Of a stretch of 64,000 bases of DNA, positions 9,123-20,674 are shown piece by piece. Position 1 is the stretch's first letter, and each line of letters begins with the position of its first letter. A program made the position numbers and the translations under genes. This DNA is from Escherichia phage PHB12: sequence record MK524178.1; one strand, given 5' to 3'. Under the pieces are notes generated by a model. It did not search any database and was not told the DNA's origin. It worked only from the letters and a program-made list of their open reading frames with translations.

Positions 9123-9875
9123 ATGGCTAATATAATTCGTTGTAAATTACCGGATGGTGTTCATCGTTTTAAGCCGTTCACTGTGGCGGATTATAGAGAC
9201 TTTTTACTAGTTAGAAATGATATCGAACATCGTTCGCCGCAAGAACAAAAAGAAATAATTGCCGATCTGATTGATGATTATTTTGGCGAGTACCCTAAAA
9301 CATGGCAACCATTTATATTCCTGCAAGTTTTTGCAGGCTCTATAGGCAAAACAAAAGTTCCCGTTATTTTCACTTGCCCTAAATGCTCTAAAGAAAAAAC
9401 TGCACCATTTGAGATATATCAAAAAGAACTAGTCGAACCTGAACTTGATGTTGCTGGTATAAAAATACGTTTTTCTTTCCCAGAAAAGTTTTATGACAAT
9501 AAAGCATTAATGATAAGTGAAAACATAAAAGAAATATATTATAATGATGAATGGTACCCATGGAATGATTTGACTGAAGAGAACCAAATCCAAGTAATAG
9601 AAGCAATAGACATTGACTCACTCGAAAAGGTTATTGCTTCTATGAATCCTATTAATTTGACCCTTAGATTAGGTTGTTGTGAACGTCATGTTAAAACATA
9701 TACTGATATCTTAGAGGTTTTTAAATTGTTAGTTAACCCTGATGAGATTTTTACATTCTATCAGATAAACCATTCACTAGTAAAGAGTCAATACACATTG
9801 GATTCTATTATGCAAATGATTCCTGTTGAACGTGGTATTGCTTTAACATTAGTAGAAAAGGACCATAAAAAATGA
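9123..9875 (+). CDS. 51: baseplate hub assembly catalyst gp51
   Basis: 250 aa; position between 26 and 27. Confidence 0.92.
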   Translation: MANIIRCKLPDGVHRFKPFTVADYRDFLLVRNDIEHRSPQEQKEIIADLIDDYFGEYPKTWQPFIFLQVFAGSIGKTKVPVIFTCPKCSKEKTAPFEIYQKELVEPELDVAGIKIRFSFPEKFYDNKALMISENIKEIYYNDEWYPWNDLTEENQIQVIEAIDIDSLEKVIASMNPINLTLRLGCCERHVKTYTDILEVFKLLVNPDEIFTFYQINHSLVKSQYTLDSIMQMIPVERGIALTLVEKDHKK

Positions 9876-11044
9876 CAGTATTCCAACGTCCAGGATATCC
9901 TAACTTAAGCGTTAAATTATATCAAGATTATTCGGCTTGGCAAGAAAATAGATATGTTGAACTCGCAGCAACAATAACAACTTTAACCATGCGAGATTCG
10001 CTATATGGAAGAAATGAAGGGATTCTTCAATTTTATGACACTAAAAACATCCACACTAAAATGGATGGTAGACAGATAGTCCAAATCTCTGTTTCAAATT
10101 CAAACACACCTCTTCAAGTTAGAACTCGAATTTATGGATGTAGACATTATTCTGTGTCTGTGGACTCAAAAGGTGACAATATTATTGCAATTGAGCTTGG
10201 AACAATTCATTCTATAGAGAACCTTAAATTTGGGCGACCATTCTTCTCAGACGCAGGAGAATCTATACGTGAAATGTTAGGTGTCATATATAAAGACCGT
10301 ACGTTAATTACTCCACCAATAAACACTATTAATGCTTATGTTCCTGATATTCCTTGGACAAGCACATTTGATGATTATTTGGCATATGTCAGAGAATTAG
10401 GACTTGCTACAGCGAGTGATAAGTTCGTATTCGTATGGCAAGATATTTTAGGCGTAAACATGATTGACTATGATACTCTTATTGGTCAGGAAGGCATTAA
10501 GATGATTGTAGGCGAGCCAAATACTGTAGGTCAGTATATTCAAGAGCTTGAGTATCCATTAGTATGGGATTTCACCTGGATGACTAAAGCTAACCAATTT
10601 ACAAGAGACCCTATTAAAAACGCCACGGTATTCGCTCATTCATTTTTAGATACATCTATTCCGGTTATTGTTACAGGCGATGGTGATAATGCTATTCTTG
10701 TGTCAAGATCAGGTGGATATTCCGAAATGACCTATCGTAATGGATTTGAAGAAGCAAGTCGTCTTCAGACAATGGCTCAATATGACGGATATGCTAAATG
10801 CACTACTACAGGTAATTTTAACATAACGCCTGCCACTAAAATTATATTTGTTGACCAAAAGAACCAATTCAAATCCGAATTTTACGTGGATGAAGTTATT
10901 CATGAGTTATCAAATAACAACTCACAAACTCATCTGTACATGTTTACCAACTCAATGGTGTTAGAACCTGTTAACCCAGTTAAGGTTAAAAATGAACTTA
11001 AATCTGATTCTACCTCTAAAGAAAATAATTCTACCACAGTCTAA
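9872..11044 (+). CDS. 27: baseplate hub subunit gp27
   Basis: 390 aa; ATGA overlap with gene 51. Confidence 0.95.
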   Translation: MTVFQRPGYPNLSVKLYQDYSAWQENRYVELAATITTLTMRDSLYGRNEGILQFYDTKNIHTKMDGRQIVQISVSNSNTPLQVRTRIYGCRHYSVSVDSKGDNIIAIELGTIHSIENLKFGRPFFSDAGESIREMLGVIYKDRTLITPPINTINAYVPDIPWTSTFDDYLAYVRELGLATASDKFVFVWQDILGVNMIDYDTLIGQEGIKMIVGEPNTVGQYIQELEYPLVWDFTWMTKANQFTRDPIKNATVFAHSFLDTSIPVIVTGDGDNAILVSRSGGYSEMTYRNGFEEASRLQTMAQYDGYAKCTTTGNFNITPATKIIFVDQKNQFKSEFYVDEVIHELSNNNSQTHLYMFTNSMVLEPVNPVKVKNELKSDSTSKENNSTTV

Positions 11045-11525
11045 TAAAAAGGTAATGATTCCCAAATTAGGGCTAAAACATTATAATCTTTTAAAGGATG
11101 TTAAAGGTCCTGACGAAAACATGAAAATCTTAGCTGATTCTATTTGTAAAAATATGAGTCCCGCGGATTTTGATTTTGCATGTCTACACATATTGGAATT
11201 TAATAACAAACTTAAGTCTGAAGTTGAAAAAGATGGATTCACTTATAAACTAGATGACGTCTACGTATGCCAACGAACAGAATTCCAATTTCAAGGTAAT
11301 ACTTTTTATTTTAGACCACCAGGCAAATTTGAACAATTCGCTACAATCAGTGAAATGCTATCAAATTGCTTAATAAAAGTTAATGACGAAGAGAAAGAAA
11401 TTTCTTTCCTTGAGATGCCTGCTTTTGTAATCAAATGGGCAGAAGACCTTTCGACAACTATTGCTATTCCAGGCCCTAATGGCCCTATTAAGGGTATAGC
11501 AGAAATTATTGGATTGCTTGAATGA
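10992..11525 (+). CDS. 28: baseplate hub distal subunit gp28
   Basis: 177 aa; overlaps 3' end of gene 27 as in T4. Confidence 0.9.
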   Translation: MNLNLILPLKKIILPQSNKKVMIPKLGLKHYNLLKDVKGPDENMKILADSICKNMSPADFDFACLHILEFNNKLKSEVEKDGFTYKLDDVYVCQRTEFQFQGNTFYFRPPGKFEQFATISEMLSNCLIKVNDEEKEISFLEMPAFVIKWAEDLSTTIAIPGPNGPIKGIAEIIGLLE

Positions 11526-13294
11526 AACCTGAAGAAATGAAATCCATGCGTAGAAATAAGGTCATTGCCGATAATAAACCACAAAAAGTAGCTGCAACAG
11601 CAGCTACTGATTCATTAGAAGCATTGAATAACATTTCATCAAAACTAGACGATGTCCAAGCCGCGTCTGAACTCACATCACAAAGTGTAGAAGATAAAGG
11701 CAATGGAATTATTGAATCAATTGGAGACTTAAAGAATTCGACAGATAATACTGCTGAAGGCACAGAGCTTATCGCAGAAGTTATTGAAAAACAAACTGAA
11801 GTCACTAAAAGTATAAACGAAGTTTCTAGTGCAATAAGCTCTAAGTTAGACCGATTAGCTACATTATTAGAGCAAAAATTACAAACATCTACCGCTATTC
11901 AAAATACAGGAGGCACCTCTCTTGAAGTAATTGAGAACGCAATACCTGTTAAAGTGGTTGAGAATGAAACTTCTGATGAGCTGTTTAAAGCATTACCTAC
12001 ACCTGAAAAGATTGATAATAAGCCAGACGAAGATTTCTTCCCGGCCCCGGTTCAAGAAAGTGCTAATTCTACTTCCGATTCTAAAGGTGGAATTAGCTTT
12101 AAATTGAGCGATAAAATTGCAATGCTCACCAAAACAGTTCAAACCGGGTTTAATAAATCAATATCAATTTCAGACAGAATTGCTGGAATGCTTTTCAAAT
12201 ACACTATAACGGCTGCTATTGAAGCAGCAAAAATGGCCGCACTTATTCTTGGTATTGTTATCGGTATTGATTTATTGATAGTCCATTTCAAATATTGGAC
12301 AGACAAGTTCACTTCTGCCTGGGATTTATTTGATGAAAACTTTACTAAATTTTCTGATGAAGCTAAAGAATGGGGTAAATTCTTAAGTGATATATTCACT
12401 TCTATTGACTCTATAAAACAATTGTGGGAAGCTGGAGACTGGGGTGGTTTAACCGTTGCTATTGTCAAAGGTGTAGGAACAGCATTAATGAACTTAGGTG
12501 AACTAATTCAATTAGGAATGGCTAAACTCTCCGCGTCTATATTGCGTGCTATAGGTTTTGGTGATACCGCAGACGAAATAGAAGGACGTGCTTTGGAAGG
12601 ATTCCAAGAAACTACCGGGAACAAATTAAAGAAAGAAGACCAAGAGAAAGTCGCTAAATATCAAATGAAGCGTGACGATGGGGAATTAGGAACCGTTTCC
12701 AAAGGTCTTGATATGTTACAACGCGGCAAAACATTCGTTACTAACTGGGTTCGTGGTAATGACAATAAAGAAGAGTTTAGTACAAGCGATGAGCGTGCTG
12801 CGGAATCGGCAAAATTAAAAGAGTTACCTGAAGAGGAACGTAAAGAGGCATATATAAAAGCTAATGAAACTCGTGCTGCACTGGTTAGATTTGAGGATTA
12901 TATCGATAAAATCGATATGACTAATCCGGAAAATGCTAAAAACGTCGAGAAGTCTTATGCCGATTTAAGTAAACTTATTAAAGACCCTGAACTTAATAAA
13001 ACTCCTGTTGTTAAAAAGGAATTAGATGCTAGATTTGAAAAGCTAAATAATAAAATGGCTGAAGCCAAAAAGGCTCAGACAACAGTTAAGCCTGAATCTT
13101 CGACTAAATCTCCTGAAGCAAAACAAGTTCAGTCAATAGAGAAAGGGCGTGCTTCTGAATCTAAACAACAGCAACCGGTAGCGGCGATTAGTAACACAAA
13201 TAATGTCGTCAAAAAGAATACCGTAGTCCAGAATATGACCCCTGTAACAAGTACAACGGCTCCTGGAATTTTCCATGCCACCGGTGTTAATTAA
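11522..13294 (+). CDS. 29: baseplate hub subunit / tail length determinator gp29
   Basis: 590 aa; matches T4 gp29 length and position. Confidence 0.93.
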   Translation: MKPEEMKSMRRNKVIADNKPQKVAATAATDSLEALNNISSKLDDVQAASELTSQSVEDKGNGIIESIGDLKNSTDNTAEGTELIAEVIEKQTEVTKSINEVSSAISSKLDRLATLLEQKLQTSTAIQNTGGTSLEVIENAIPVKVVENETSDELFKALPTPEKIDNKPDEDFFPAPVQESANSTSDSKGGISFKLSDKIAMLTKTVQTGFNKSISISDRIAGMLFKYTITAAIEAAKMAALILGIVIGIDLLIVHFKYWTDKFTSAWDLFDENFTKFSDEAKEWGKFLSDIFTSIDSIKQLWEAGDWGGLTVAIVKGVGTALMNLGELIQLGMAKLSASILRAIGFGDTADEIEGRALEGFQETTGNKLKKEDQEKVAKYQMKRDDGELGTVSKGLDMLQRGKTFVTNWVRGNDNKEEFSTSDERAAESAKLKELPEEERKEAYIKANETRAALVRFEDYIDKIDMTNPENAKNVEKSYADLSKLIKDPELNKTPVVKKELDARFEKLNNKMAEAKKAQTTVKPESSTKSPEAKQVQSIEKGRASESKQQQPVAAISNTNNVVKKNTVVQNMTPVTSTTAPGIFHATGVN

Positions 13295-13302
13295 GGATTA
13301 TT

Positions 13303-14412
13303 ATGATTAGTGTAAAAGAAATAGTAGTAGATGCAAAGGATTTAAATAAAGCAATCCCAGTCTCAGAAAGTGCCGGGCAAAGCACTAAAACCGAAACAAC
13401 TACTAAAACTTATGTTGCTCAATTTCCTACAGGAAGAGCAGCCGGAAATGACTCCACAGGAGACTTCCAGGTAACAGACCTTTATAAGAATGGATTATTA
13501 TTTACCGCGTACAATATGTCTGCACGCGATTCAGGATCCCTCAGGAATTTACGTCCGGCATACGCCGGCACTTCATCTAATGGTATCATATCAGATTTAA
13601 CTGATAATGTGAAAGATGCAGTGACTAAATTCTCTAATGGGTTGCTTCCTGCCGGAGCTAATAAACCTACTATAAATAAAACTCCTGTTGCTAATATACT
13701 TTTGCCACGTTCCAAATCTGACGTTGATACAACTTCACATCGTTTTAATGATATTGGTGATAGCCTTATTACTAAAGGTGGAGGTACTGCTACGGGTGTT
13801 TTAAGTAACATTGCTTCTACTGCAGTTTTTGGTGCATTAGATTCTATTACTCAAGGGCTTATGGCTGATAATAACGAACAGATTTATACGACTTCTCGTA
13901 GTATGTATGGCGGTGCTGAGAACCGTACTAAAGTCTTTACATGGGATTTAACCCCACGTTCAACTGAAGACCTTATGGCTATTATAAACATTTACCAGTA
14001 TTTTAACTATTTCTCATATGGTGAGACTGGTAAATCACAGTACGCCCAAGAGATTAAAAGTTATTTAGACGAATGGTACCGTTCAACGTTTATTGAGCCT
14101 ATGACGCCTGATGATGCAGTAAAAAATAAGACATTGTTTGAAAAGATTACTGCGTCATTAACAAATGTATTAGTTGTAAGCAACCCTACAATTTGGATGG
14201 TTAAAAACTTTGGTTATACGTCTAAATTTGATGGATTAACTGATGTATTTGGCCCATGCCAAATTCAAAGCGTACGTTTTGATAAAACTCCAAATGGACA
14301 ATTTAATGGTCTCGCTGTTGCTCCTAACTTACCGTCAACATTTACGTTAGAGATAACAATGCGAGAAATTATTACATTAAACCGTTCTTCACTTTATGCG
14401 GGGACTTTCTAA
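13303..14412 (+). CDS. 48: baseplate tail tube cap gp48
   Basis: 369 aa; position after gene 29. Confidence 0.92.
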   Translation: MISVKEIVVDAKDLNKAIPVSESAGQSTKTETTTKTYVAQFPTGRAAGNDSTGDFQVTDLYKNGLLFTAYNMSARDSGSLRNLRPAYAGTSSNGIISDLTDNVKDAVTKFSNGLLPAGANKPTINKTPVANILLPRSKSDVDTTSHRFNDIGDSLITKGGGTATGVLSNIASTAVFGALDSITQGLMADNNEQIYTTSRSMYGGAENRTKVFTWDLTPRSTEDLMAIINIYQYFNYFSYGETGKSQYAQEIKSYLDEWYRSTFIEPMTPDDAVKNKTLFEKITASLTNVLVVSNPTIWMVKNFGYTSKFDGLTDVFGPCQIQSVRFDKTPNGQFNGLAVAPNLPSTFTLEITMREIITLNRSSLYAGTF

Positions 14413-15374
14413 TGTACTCTTTAGAAGAATTTAATAACCAAGCTATAAATGCAGATTTCCAACGAAACAATATGTTTAGTTGTGTATTTGCTACTACACC
14501 ATCGACCAAATCGTCTTCACTAATTTCGTCAATTGGTAGTTTTGCTTATAATAACTTAGGGTTGGATTCCGATTGGCTAGGATTGACTCAAGGTGATATC
14601 AATCAGGGCGTAACAACCCTGATTACAGCAGGAACACAGAAATTAATTCGAAAATCAGGTGTAAGTAAATATCTGATTGGAGCAATGAGTCAACGTACGG
14701 TACAAAGCTTGTTAGGCGAGTTCACAGTAGGATCTTATCTGATAGACTTCTTCAATATGGCATATAATAATACAGGTTTAATGATTTATTCTGTAAAAAT
14801 GCCTGAGAACCGATTATCTTATGAAACGGATTTCAACTATAACTCCCCGAACATCCGAATTACCGGCCGTGAAATGGACCCGTTAGTAATAAGCTTTAGA
14901 ATGGATTCCGAAGCATCTAACTTTAGAGCAATGCAAGACTGGGTAAACTCAGTCCAAGACCCTGTAACAGGTCTTCGTGCTTTACCACAAGACGTCGAAG
15001 CAGATATTCAGGTTAATTTACATGCACGAAATGGTTTACCGCATACCGCTGTCATGTTCACTGGATGTATTCCTGTTAGTGTCTCTTCTCCTGAGTTAAC
15101 GTATGATGGTGATAATCAGATAACAGTTTTTGATGTAACATTTGCTTATCGCGTTATGCAATCAGGTGCTGTAAATAGACAGGCTGCTTTAGAATGGCTG
15201 GAATCAGGACTTATTAGTAGTGTTTCAGGAATGTTTGGAAATAACCAGAATGATTCTGGCCTAGGAAGTGCAGTATCAAGACTTTCTAGATTAGGTGGGA
15301 CCGCTGGAGGTGTGTCTAATATAAACACATTGACAGGTGTGGTGAATTCTGCGTCAAGAGTTTTAGGACTATAA
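14412..15374 (+). CDS. 54: baseplate tail tube initiator gp54
   Basis: 320 aa; ATGA-type overlap with gene 48. Confidence 0.92.
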   Translation: MYSLEEFNNQAINADFQRNNMFSCVFATTPSTKSSSLISSIGSFAYNNLGLDSDWLGLTQGDINQGVTTLITAGTQKLIRKSGVSKYLIGAMSQRTVQSLLGEFTVGSYLIDFFNMAYNNTGLMIYSVKMPENRLSYETDFNYNSPNIRITGREMDPLVISFRMDSEASNFRAMQDWVNSVQDPVTGLRALPQDVEADIQVNLHARNGLPHTAVMFTGCIPVSVSSPELTYDGDNQITVFDVTFAYRVMQSGAVNRQAALEWLESGLISSVSGMFGNNQNDSGLGSAVSRLSRLGGTAGGVSNINTLTGVVNSASRVLGL

Positions 15375-15380
15375 GAAAAA

Positions 15381-15400
15381 GGGAGACGTTGTCTCCCTTT
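15381..15400. terminator. bidirectional hairpin terminator after gene 54
   Basis: GGGAGAC-GTT-GTCTCCC flanked by A-run and T-run. Confidence 0.75.
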
Positions 15401-15406
15401 AGGGGT

Positions 15407-15700
15407 TTATTTACGGAATGAAAGGAATGCTGGTGCTCGGAATGGAGTATCATCTTTAGAGTATTTAACTAATACGACCATTGGTACCTCTGTTTCTAAA
15501 TGACCTGTCACTACACCGATAAAAATTTGATCAGTGTGTTCAGGGTCACGAAAGTTTTTAAGAGGTTCCATAGCAATATGGAATGCACCTGGGAATACTC
15601 GATTCAATTCGTCAATCACAGCTTCGTTAAAAGCATCATCCGCTGGGATAACATCTTCAACTACTAGTTCCTGACCATTAAAGCGAAGCATAGATTTCAT
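15407..15700 (-). CDS. hypothetical protein (97 aa) downstream of alt
   Basis: Start set at internal Met with SD GAGGA; the track start at 15772 overlaps alt. Confidence 0.55.
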   Translation of the reverse strand: MKSMLRFNGQELVVEDVIPADDAFNEAVIDELNRVFPGAFHIAMEPLKNFRDPEHTDQIFIGVVTGHLETEVPMVVLVKYSKDDTPFRAPAFLSFRK

Positions 15701-15758
15701 AACGTTTTCCTCATGTTGTTGATGGAATGATAGTATCACACATCCATGTGTTTGTAAA

Positions 15759-17846
15759 CTATCCTTGGACAAATTTAAACGGAACTGATTCTAAATCCAT
15801 TAAAGATGCTAACAATTTCAATCCTTTAGGAGCACTAGTTTTTTCTACAAATGAAGAGAACGATACCGGCTCATCCGATTCGATTTCACCCGTCATAGCA
15901 ACCACCTCGCCTGTTTCCATGAGAACATCACCATCGTAAATGACAGCTTCATCCAACTGGTCTGAGGACATGACTTCAGCTTGAATAAATTTAAGGTTGG
16001 ATTCTAAACCTGCACCAGTGTCAGATGACGCATCTGTAATTTTATTTATCTGCAAGAGAATGCCTCTAGGCAAAATAATTTCTTGCTCGTTAGGGTGATT
16101 ACTCAACTGTCCCGGATAAATCACGTTAACTTTATGAGCGCCATCAATAGCCCATCCAACGTTAACACGGATTTGTTCTGGTGCATGCATAGCTGTTCTT
16201 ACTTGACTAGGAGAAATAGTAACACCTTCGTCGTTATTATCAATGTTAAGCTCTTTGCGAACTTCTTCAGGAGCAAGTCCAAGGGCAACGTTCTCTTTAA
16301 ACCCACCGAAAATAATAGGAGCTAGTGAAGTGGAAACATAGTTTCTGAAGTAGAATACCTTATTTTTAACCATTGCTTCGTAAATAGGCATTCTGATAGA
16401 CTGAGCTCTATATAACGTTAGTCCTTCAGGTAAACGGTCTCCATTTAAAAACGCCGAATCAAGACCATCAATAGCGCGTTTAACTTCATCTTCATCTGCA
16501 ACATCGTAAAAATCTGGTTTATAACGACCTAACAACATATTATTGATATCGGTATACGCAGAAGAGGCATATTCACGAATAGCTCGTTTTTCAGCAACAG
16601 AGTATTGTTTAGGGTCCCGATTCATTGTTATATTAAAGGTGCCTCTAGCCGATTCTCGTGCATAAGTATACATCACATTAGACAAGAACGCTGATTTGCG
16701 TTGTTTCCAAGTTTTTTCAGATACTTCAGCTAAAACGTCGTCGGCCAGTTGGAAATTATCACGTCTAAAATCTTCAAACCATTCGTCTTTAATAGAGTCT
16801 GCAATTTCATTTGCAGCTTCAACAAAAGCAGCTAATGCTTTAACAGATGTTGTTTTTTCAGTTTTAATTTTCTTAGCAAACTTTTCTAAAGTTGGTTTAA
16901 TAACACCACCATAAGAAACTTCATCAGCAAATCTAAAGGATTCATCAATGCGATTATAAATCTTATTTTCGATATCAGCAACTAAAGTGCCTTTTGCTGT
17001 GGACGATGCTTGGGCTAGTACGATTTCATATGCTTCAGGAAGTAATTCAGCTGTAGCTGGGCCGCTAACTTCTTTAGCAGAATTTTCGTATTTCTGGAAT
17101 AACTCACCTTCTTGACGGTCAGCTTCTAAAGATTGACTTGCTGCAATAGCACGACGAGAAATTTTAGTACGAGCAATAACAGGCTTATCTTTACGTTTTT
17201 CTTCTACCGCAGCAATAGAACCAGCGATAGCCGTTTCTTTGGTGACCTTTTCGCCAGTCTTTTTACTCACATAAACTTCGCCAACATCAGAATCTACTTT
17301 CGTGTACAACTCTGTGTTAATGTTAGGGATGCCTTTAATATCTTCAATGTTAGCATTTTTACGAACCATCATCACATAGGTGTGTTTACCTGTGAATTGA
17401 TACATTGCCGACAATACTTTAAAACGGCCACCGGTTTTAGTAGAAACTAAACGAGCAAGAAGAGTTTGAAGTTGTTGTCCACGTCCTTTCAATTTCTTGG
17501 TAGGGAATCGGAACAGAACTGCATCCATACGAAGAGCTTTAACTTGTTCATATACTGTATTGAAAATGGTGTTGATTGCATCAATAGGAGCAGGACCAAG
17601 GCCATTTTTCAATTCAGCGAGATTACCCTTTTCAGACAGACTCATAATAACAACATGAGCGTATTTGTCGCCAAGTTTAACTTGTTTTACAGCATCGCCT
17701 TCAGAAAGGTAAGAGAATAAGCGAACTACGATGTTTGTATCAATATCACCAATCTTCCAGACTTGTGGAACTTTAGCTTTAGGGTTCAAATTGACGACAG
17801 GAAGACTGCCTTCAGATTCAAACACTTCATTTAATTGTTCAGACAT
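15759..17846 (-). CDS. alt: Alt ADP-ribosyltransferase (packaged)
   Basis: 695 aa; conserved ART core (LPEGLTLYRAQS, YEAMVKNKVFYFRNYVSTSL) and C-terminus as in T4 Alt. Confidence 0.93.
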   Translation of the reverse strand: MSEQLNEVFESEGSLPVVNLNPKAKVPQVWKIGDIDTNIVVRLFSYLSEGDAVKQVKLGDKYAHVVIMSLSEKGNLAELKNGLGPAPIDAINTIFNTVYEQVKALRMDAVLFRFPTKKLKGRGQQLQTLLARLVSTKTGGRFKVLSAMYQFTGKHTYVMMVRKNANIEDIKGIPNINTELYTKVDSDVGEVYVSKKTGEKVTKETAIAGSIAAVEEKRKDKPVIARTKISRRAIAASQSLEADRQEGELFQKYENSAKEVSGPATAELLPEAYEIVLAQASSTAKGTLVADIENKIYNRIDESFRFADEVSYGGVIKPTLEKFAKKIKTEKTTSVKALAAFVEAANEIADSIKDEWFEDFRRDNFQLADDVLAEVSEKTWKQRKSAFLSNVMYTYARESARGTFNITMNRDPKQYSVAEKRAIREYASSAYTDINNMLLGRYKPDFYDVADEDEVKRAIDGLDSAFLNGDRLPEGLTLYRAQSIRMPIYEAMVKNKVFYFRNYVSTSLAPIIFGGFKENVALGLAPEEVRKELNIDNNDEGVTISPSQVRTAMHAPEQIRVNVGWAIDGAHKVNVIYPGQLSNHPNEQEIILPRGILLQINKITDASSDTGAGLESNLKFIQAEVMSSDQLDEAVIYDGDVLMETGEVVAMTGEIESDEPVSFSSFVEKTSAPKGLKLLASLMDLESVPFKFVQG

Positions 17847-17882
17847 AGTGTTTTCCTTTTAGTAATAATTTATATTTATGCC

Positions 17883-17902
17883 AAAAAGAGCCCGAAGGCT
17901 CT
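17883..17902 (-). terminator. hairpin terminator
   Basis: AGAGCC-TTCG-GGCTCT on minus strand followed by TTTTT. Confidence 0.7.
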
Positions 17903-18090
17903 TAATCCACAATCGGGAGCAAAGTACGATAAACTTCAAAATTAGGGCCTTTTTCGTACATATCAAAATTGTCCATAAAAATATGATAGGAATCGTTATT
18001 AGGAAAATCTAATACAATTTGTGAACAAGAGGTGGAAACATCACTACCGTCTTTATTAGTGACAACTACTGTTTCTAAATAAGCTTTCAT
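17902..18090 (-). CDS. hypothetical protein (62 aa)
   Basis: Start set at internal ATG forming TAATG overlap with the gene 30 stop. Confidence 0.5.
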   Translation of the reverse strand: MKAYLETVVVTNKDGSDVSTSCSQIVLDFPNNDSYHIFMDNFDMYEKGPNFEVYRTLLPIVD

Positions 18091-19583
18091 TATAAACCTG
18101 TCTGGGACCACGGTCCAAATACGTCTTCAAATGAATCCGCTTCTGTTTTATCAAAACGGAACCCTTTAATAATTGGAAGGAAAATACCTACAGTGCCTTC
18201 ACGGCCTTTAGAATGAACCCAACCATTACATTCACAATCAGCGATACGTCCGATTAATTTACCTTCACGAGCTTCGGTCATTAATCGTTCACGGTCCAAA
18301 TCATGACGCTCGTCTAAAGGAATAAGAACCTTTACACCGTCAACTGTTTTATGAGTTGTATCTTTAAACCCTGAACCACAATCGGTTGTAATACGACGAC
18401 AACGTGATACGAGTTCGACACCACCTAATTTGTTAGGGTCTTTAGAGTGTTCATAGTATCCTACAACTTCTAAAGCGATATCAATAACTTCTTTAAATTT
18501 AATTAGGTTCTTAGAGCGTTTGTTTTCCCAATATGAATCACGGTTTTTAAGGATAATACCTTCAAGACCTTGGTCAACATATTTTTTATAAACCAATTTA
18601 GCTTCATCAAGATTACGAACTAACTGATTTTCAATTGGCTCAATTCGCTTAAAGCCTTCAGCCATATTTTCAAGAGCAGCAAAACGAACATCATATTTCT
18701 GACCTTTAATTTTGCCATCAGAATAGACTTCATCTAAAGGAACATAGTCCCAGGCTTGAAGAACCATACCTTCCGCTTCTTTAGGAGAAATAGTCCCTTG
18801 AAGAGATTTATTTGCTAAACCATTTGAAGTGCTACGGTCTGCAACTTGTACTTCTTCAGATTCTTCATTATCACCAAATAAGAACGACAGGTCATTTCCT
18901 GAGCTCACAGCCTTTTTAATATCAAATGAATGATAAACTAATTCACCGTCGATTAAAACCCCATTAGGGTGTCTTTCTCGAGCTTCTTTAGTCATTTCCA
19001 TTAGTTCATCCGCTAATAGAGTAAGACCATAGTATTCGTTACCGGCACGAGAAAAGAATTGAACACCGTCATCGCGAACTTCAGCGAAACAACGAGCACC
19101 ATCTGCTTTTAATTGGGCAAATGCGGGCCATTTAATATTTTTAGTAATCAATTTCTCATCATATGCAGATGCTAACATCTGTGGTTGCAATTGAATAAGT
19201 CCAGGCCACACCTTATTCGCGATAGACACTGAAGCACCTACTTCAAGGTCGCGCATCATTACACGACGAAGGACTTCTACATCATCAGGTTTACCGTCAG
19301 CGATATAACCCATGAGCTCTTTAATTGCGGCATTACCAGTTAGTTTACGAGTGGCTAATGTGAACTCAATAAAATCCAACATGTCATCTAATTCAAGAAG
19401 ACCATATGCTTGAGACCTTTCACCCGGTCCTGGCCATTTCTTAATATAATACTGGATACCACGTGCATATGTTAAACGATACACACGTTCAAGTAATTTG
19501 TTGTCCTTATTTTTCTTAAGGATTTCTTGTTTTGTTTTAGTAGAACCGATCGCAGCTATTTGGTTTAAAATATCTAAAATCAT
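18090..19583 (-). CDS. 30: ATP-dependent DNA ligase gp30
   Basis: 497 aa; ligase motif I (FAQLKADGARCF) and overall match to T4 DNA ligase. Confidence 0.96.
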   Translation of the reverse strand: MILDILNQIAAIGSTKTKQEILKKNKDNKLLERVYRLTYARGIQYYIKKWPGPGERSQAYGLLELDDMLDFIEFTLATRKLTGNAAIKELMGYIADGKPDDVEVLRRVMMRDLEVGASVSIANKVWPGLIQLQPQMLASAYDEKLITKNIKWPAFAQLKADGARCFAEVRDDGVQFFSRAGNEYYGLTLLADELMEMTKEARERHPNGVLIDGELVYHSFDIKKAVSSGNDLSFLFGDNEESEEVQVADRSTSNGLANKSLQGTISPKEAEGMVLQAWDYVPLDEVYSDGKIKGQKYDVRFAALENMAEGFKRIEPIENQLVRNLDEAKLVYKKYVDQGLEGIILKNRDSYWENKRSKNLIKFKEVIDIALEVVGYYEHSKDPNKLGGVELVSRCRRITTDCGSGFKDTTHKTVDGVKVLIPLDERHDLDRERLMTEAREGKLIGRIADCECNGWVHSKGREGTVGIFLPIIKGFRFDKTEADSFEDVFGPWSQTGL

Positions 19584-19849
19584 TTGATGTCCTCGATTTT
19601 GGTTACGGTTCTATTATAAGCCACTTCATCTAGAAGCGATTTCAGCGTTTTCTGATAAGTGGTAATCCATTTACCTAGACCTTCAACATAATATTCTGAA
19701 ATGTAGATGAACCCTTGTTCAACACACTCTTTAAATATTTCTGCATCTTTTACTGAACGAAACATTGGCCAGTCTCGAAAGAACATGTTAACGTGACCGT
19801 AGTCACGCGTTGTGTTTTTGCCATCTGTAATATCATGAACTACAAACAT
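19580..19849 (-). CDS. hypothetical protein (89 aa), 30.1 position
   Basis: ORF overlapping the gene 30 start by 4 nt. Confidence 0.6.
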   Translation of the reverse strand: MFVVHDITDGKNTTRDYGHVNMFFRDWPMFRSVKDAEIFKECVEQGFIYISEYYVEGLGKWITTYQKTLKSLLDEVAYNRTVTKIEDIK

Positions 19850-19858
19850 AATTAACCC

Positions 19859-20674
19859 TTAACAATTTGTAGACCAAGTCCATTTAGACGAATCTAAAGG
19901 AAAGTTTTGAATCGTCCACCATGGCTGCATATCGGTTGGTCCTGGGGTTCGCCAGGTATACGGATTCGACGGACCGCCAATTTGATTAGGCCATGCACCT
20001 GGACTTGTTGTACCAGATTCTTTAAGCAAATCCGCCAATCGTTTTAAAAGGTCTTCACGATCTGAATCTGAATTATGCTCGGGTGGAACCAAACGAGATT
20101 CAATATCATCCCACGTGTGTACACGTTGTGCAGTACGAGGAATGGCATCACGTTCACCACGAGCCAACCAATAAATCGGTACATTAAGAATTTCTGCTGC
20201 ATGGTCACAGTGATGAGCTAAATCGTCAACGTAACAAATCACGTTATATTTTGTTTTAGCTAGTTCGAATAATTGTTCCTTTGAAGAATCATGACCACAC
20301 ATCATTACTTCAGAAAAGGCACCTGGGAACAAAGCATTCAAATTAAATTGTCTATTCAATCGAGCATCAATTGAATCACCTAGCGCCGTCACGGCTACAA
20401 AATTATAGTCTTCTTTTAATTTATTGATAACTCGAAGAGCATCCGAATAAGGCGCTAAGTAACGAATAAAATCAGAGCGATTATATTTTTCTATTAATTG
20501 TTTACCGAGGTTATCGTCGGTATTGAATAGTTTACCAGGAGAAATAAATTTTTCGTCCTGAATCATTTTTAAAATATGTTCTAATGGAAGATTATATTTT
20601 TGGGCAAAATAAGGAAGTCCAGATTGCCAGCTTAAACATACACCATCAATATCAGTCAAAATAGTAGGTTTCAT
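19859..20674 (-). CDS. HAD-superfamily hydrolase-like protein (30.2 position)
   Basis: 271 aa; N-terminal HAD motif I ILTDIDGV and later VDDLAHH; Trp/Pro-rich C-terminal tail. Confidence 0.65.
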   Translation of the reverse strand: MKPTILTDIDGVCLSWQSGLPYFAQKYNLPLEHILKMIQDEKFISPGKLFNTDDNLGKQLIEKYNRSDFIRYLAPYSDALRVINKLKEDYNFVAVTALGDSIDARLNRQFNLNALFPGAFSEVMMCGHDSSKEQLFELAKTKYNVICYVDDLAHHCDHAAEILNVPIYWLARGERDAIPRTAQRVHTWDDIESRLVPPEHNSDSDREDLLKRLADLLKESGTTSPGAWPNQIGGPSNPYTWRTPGPTDMQPWWTIQNFPLDSSKWTWSTNC

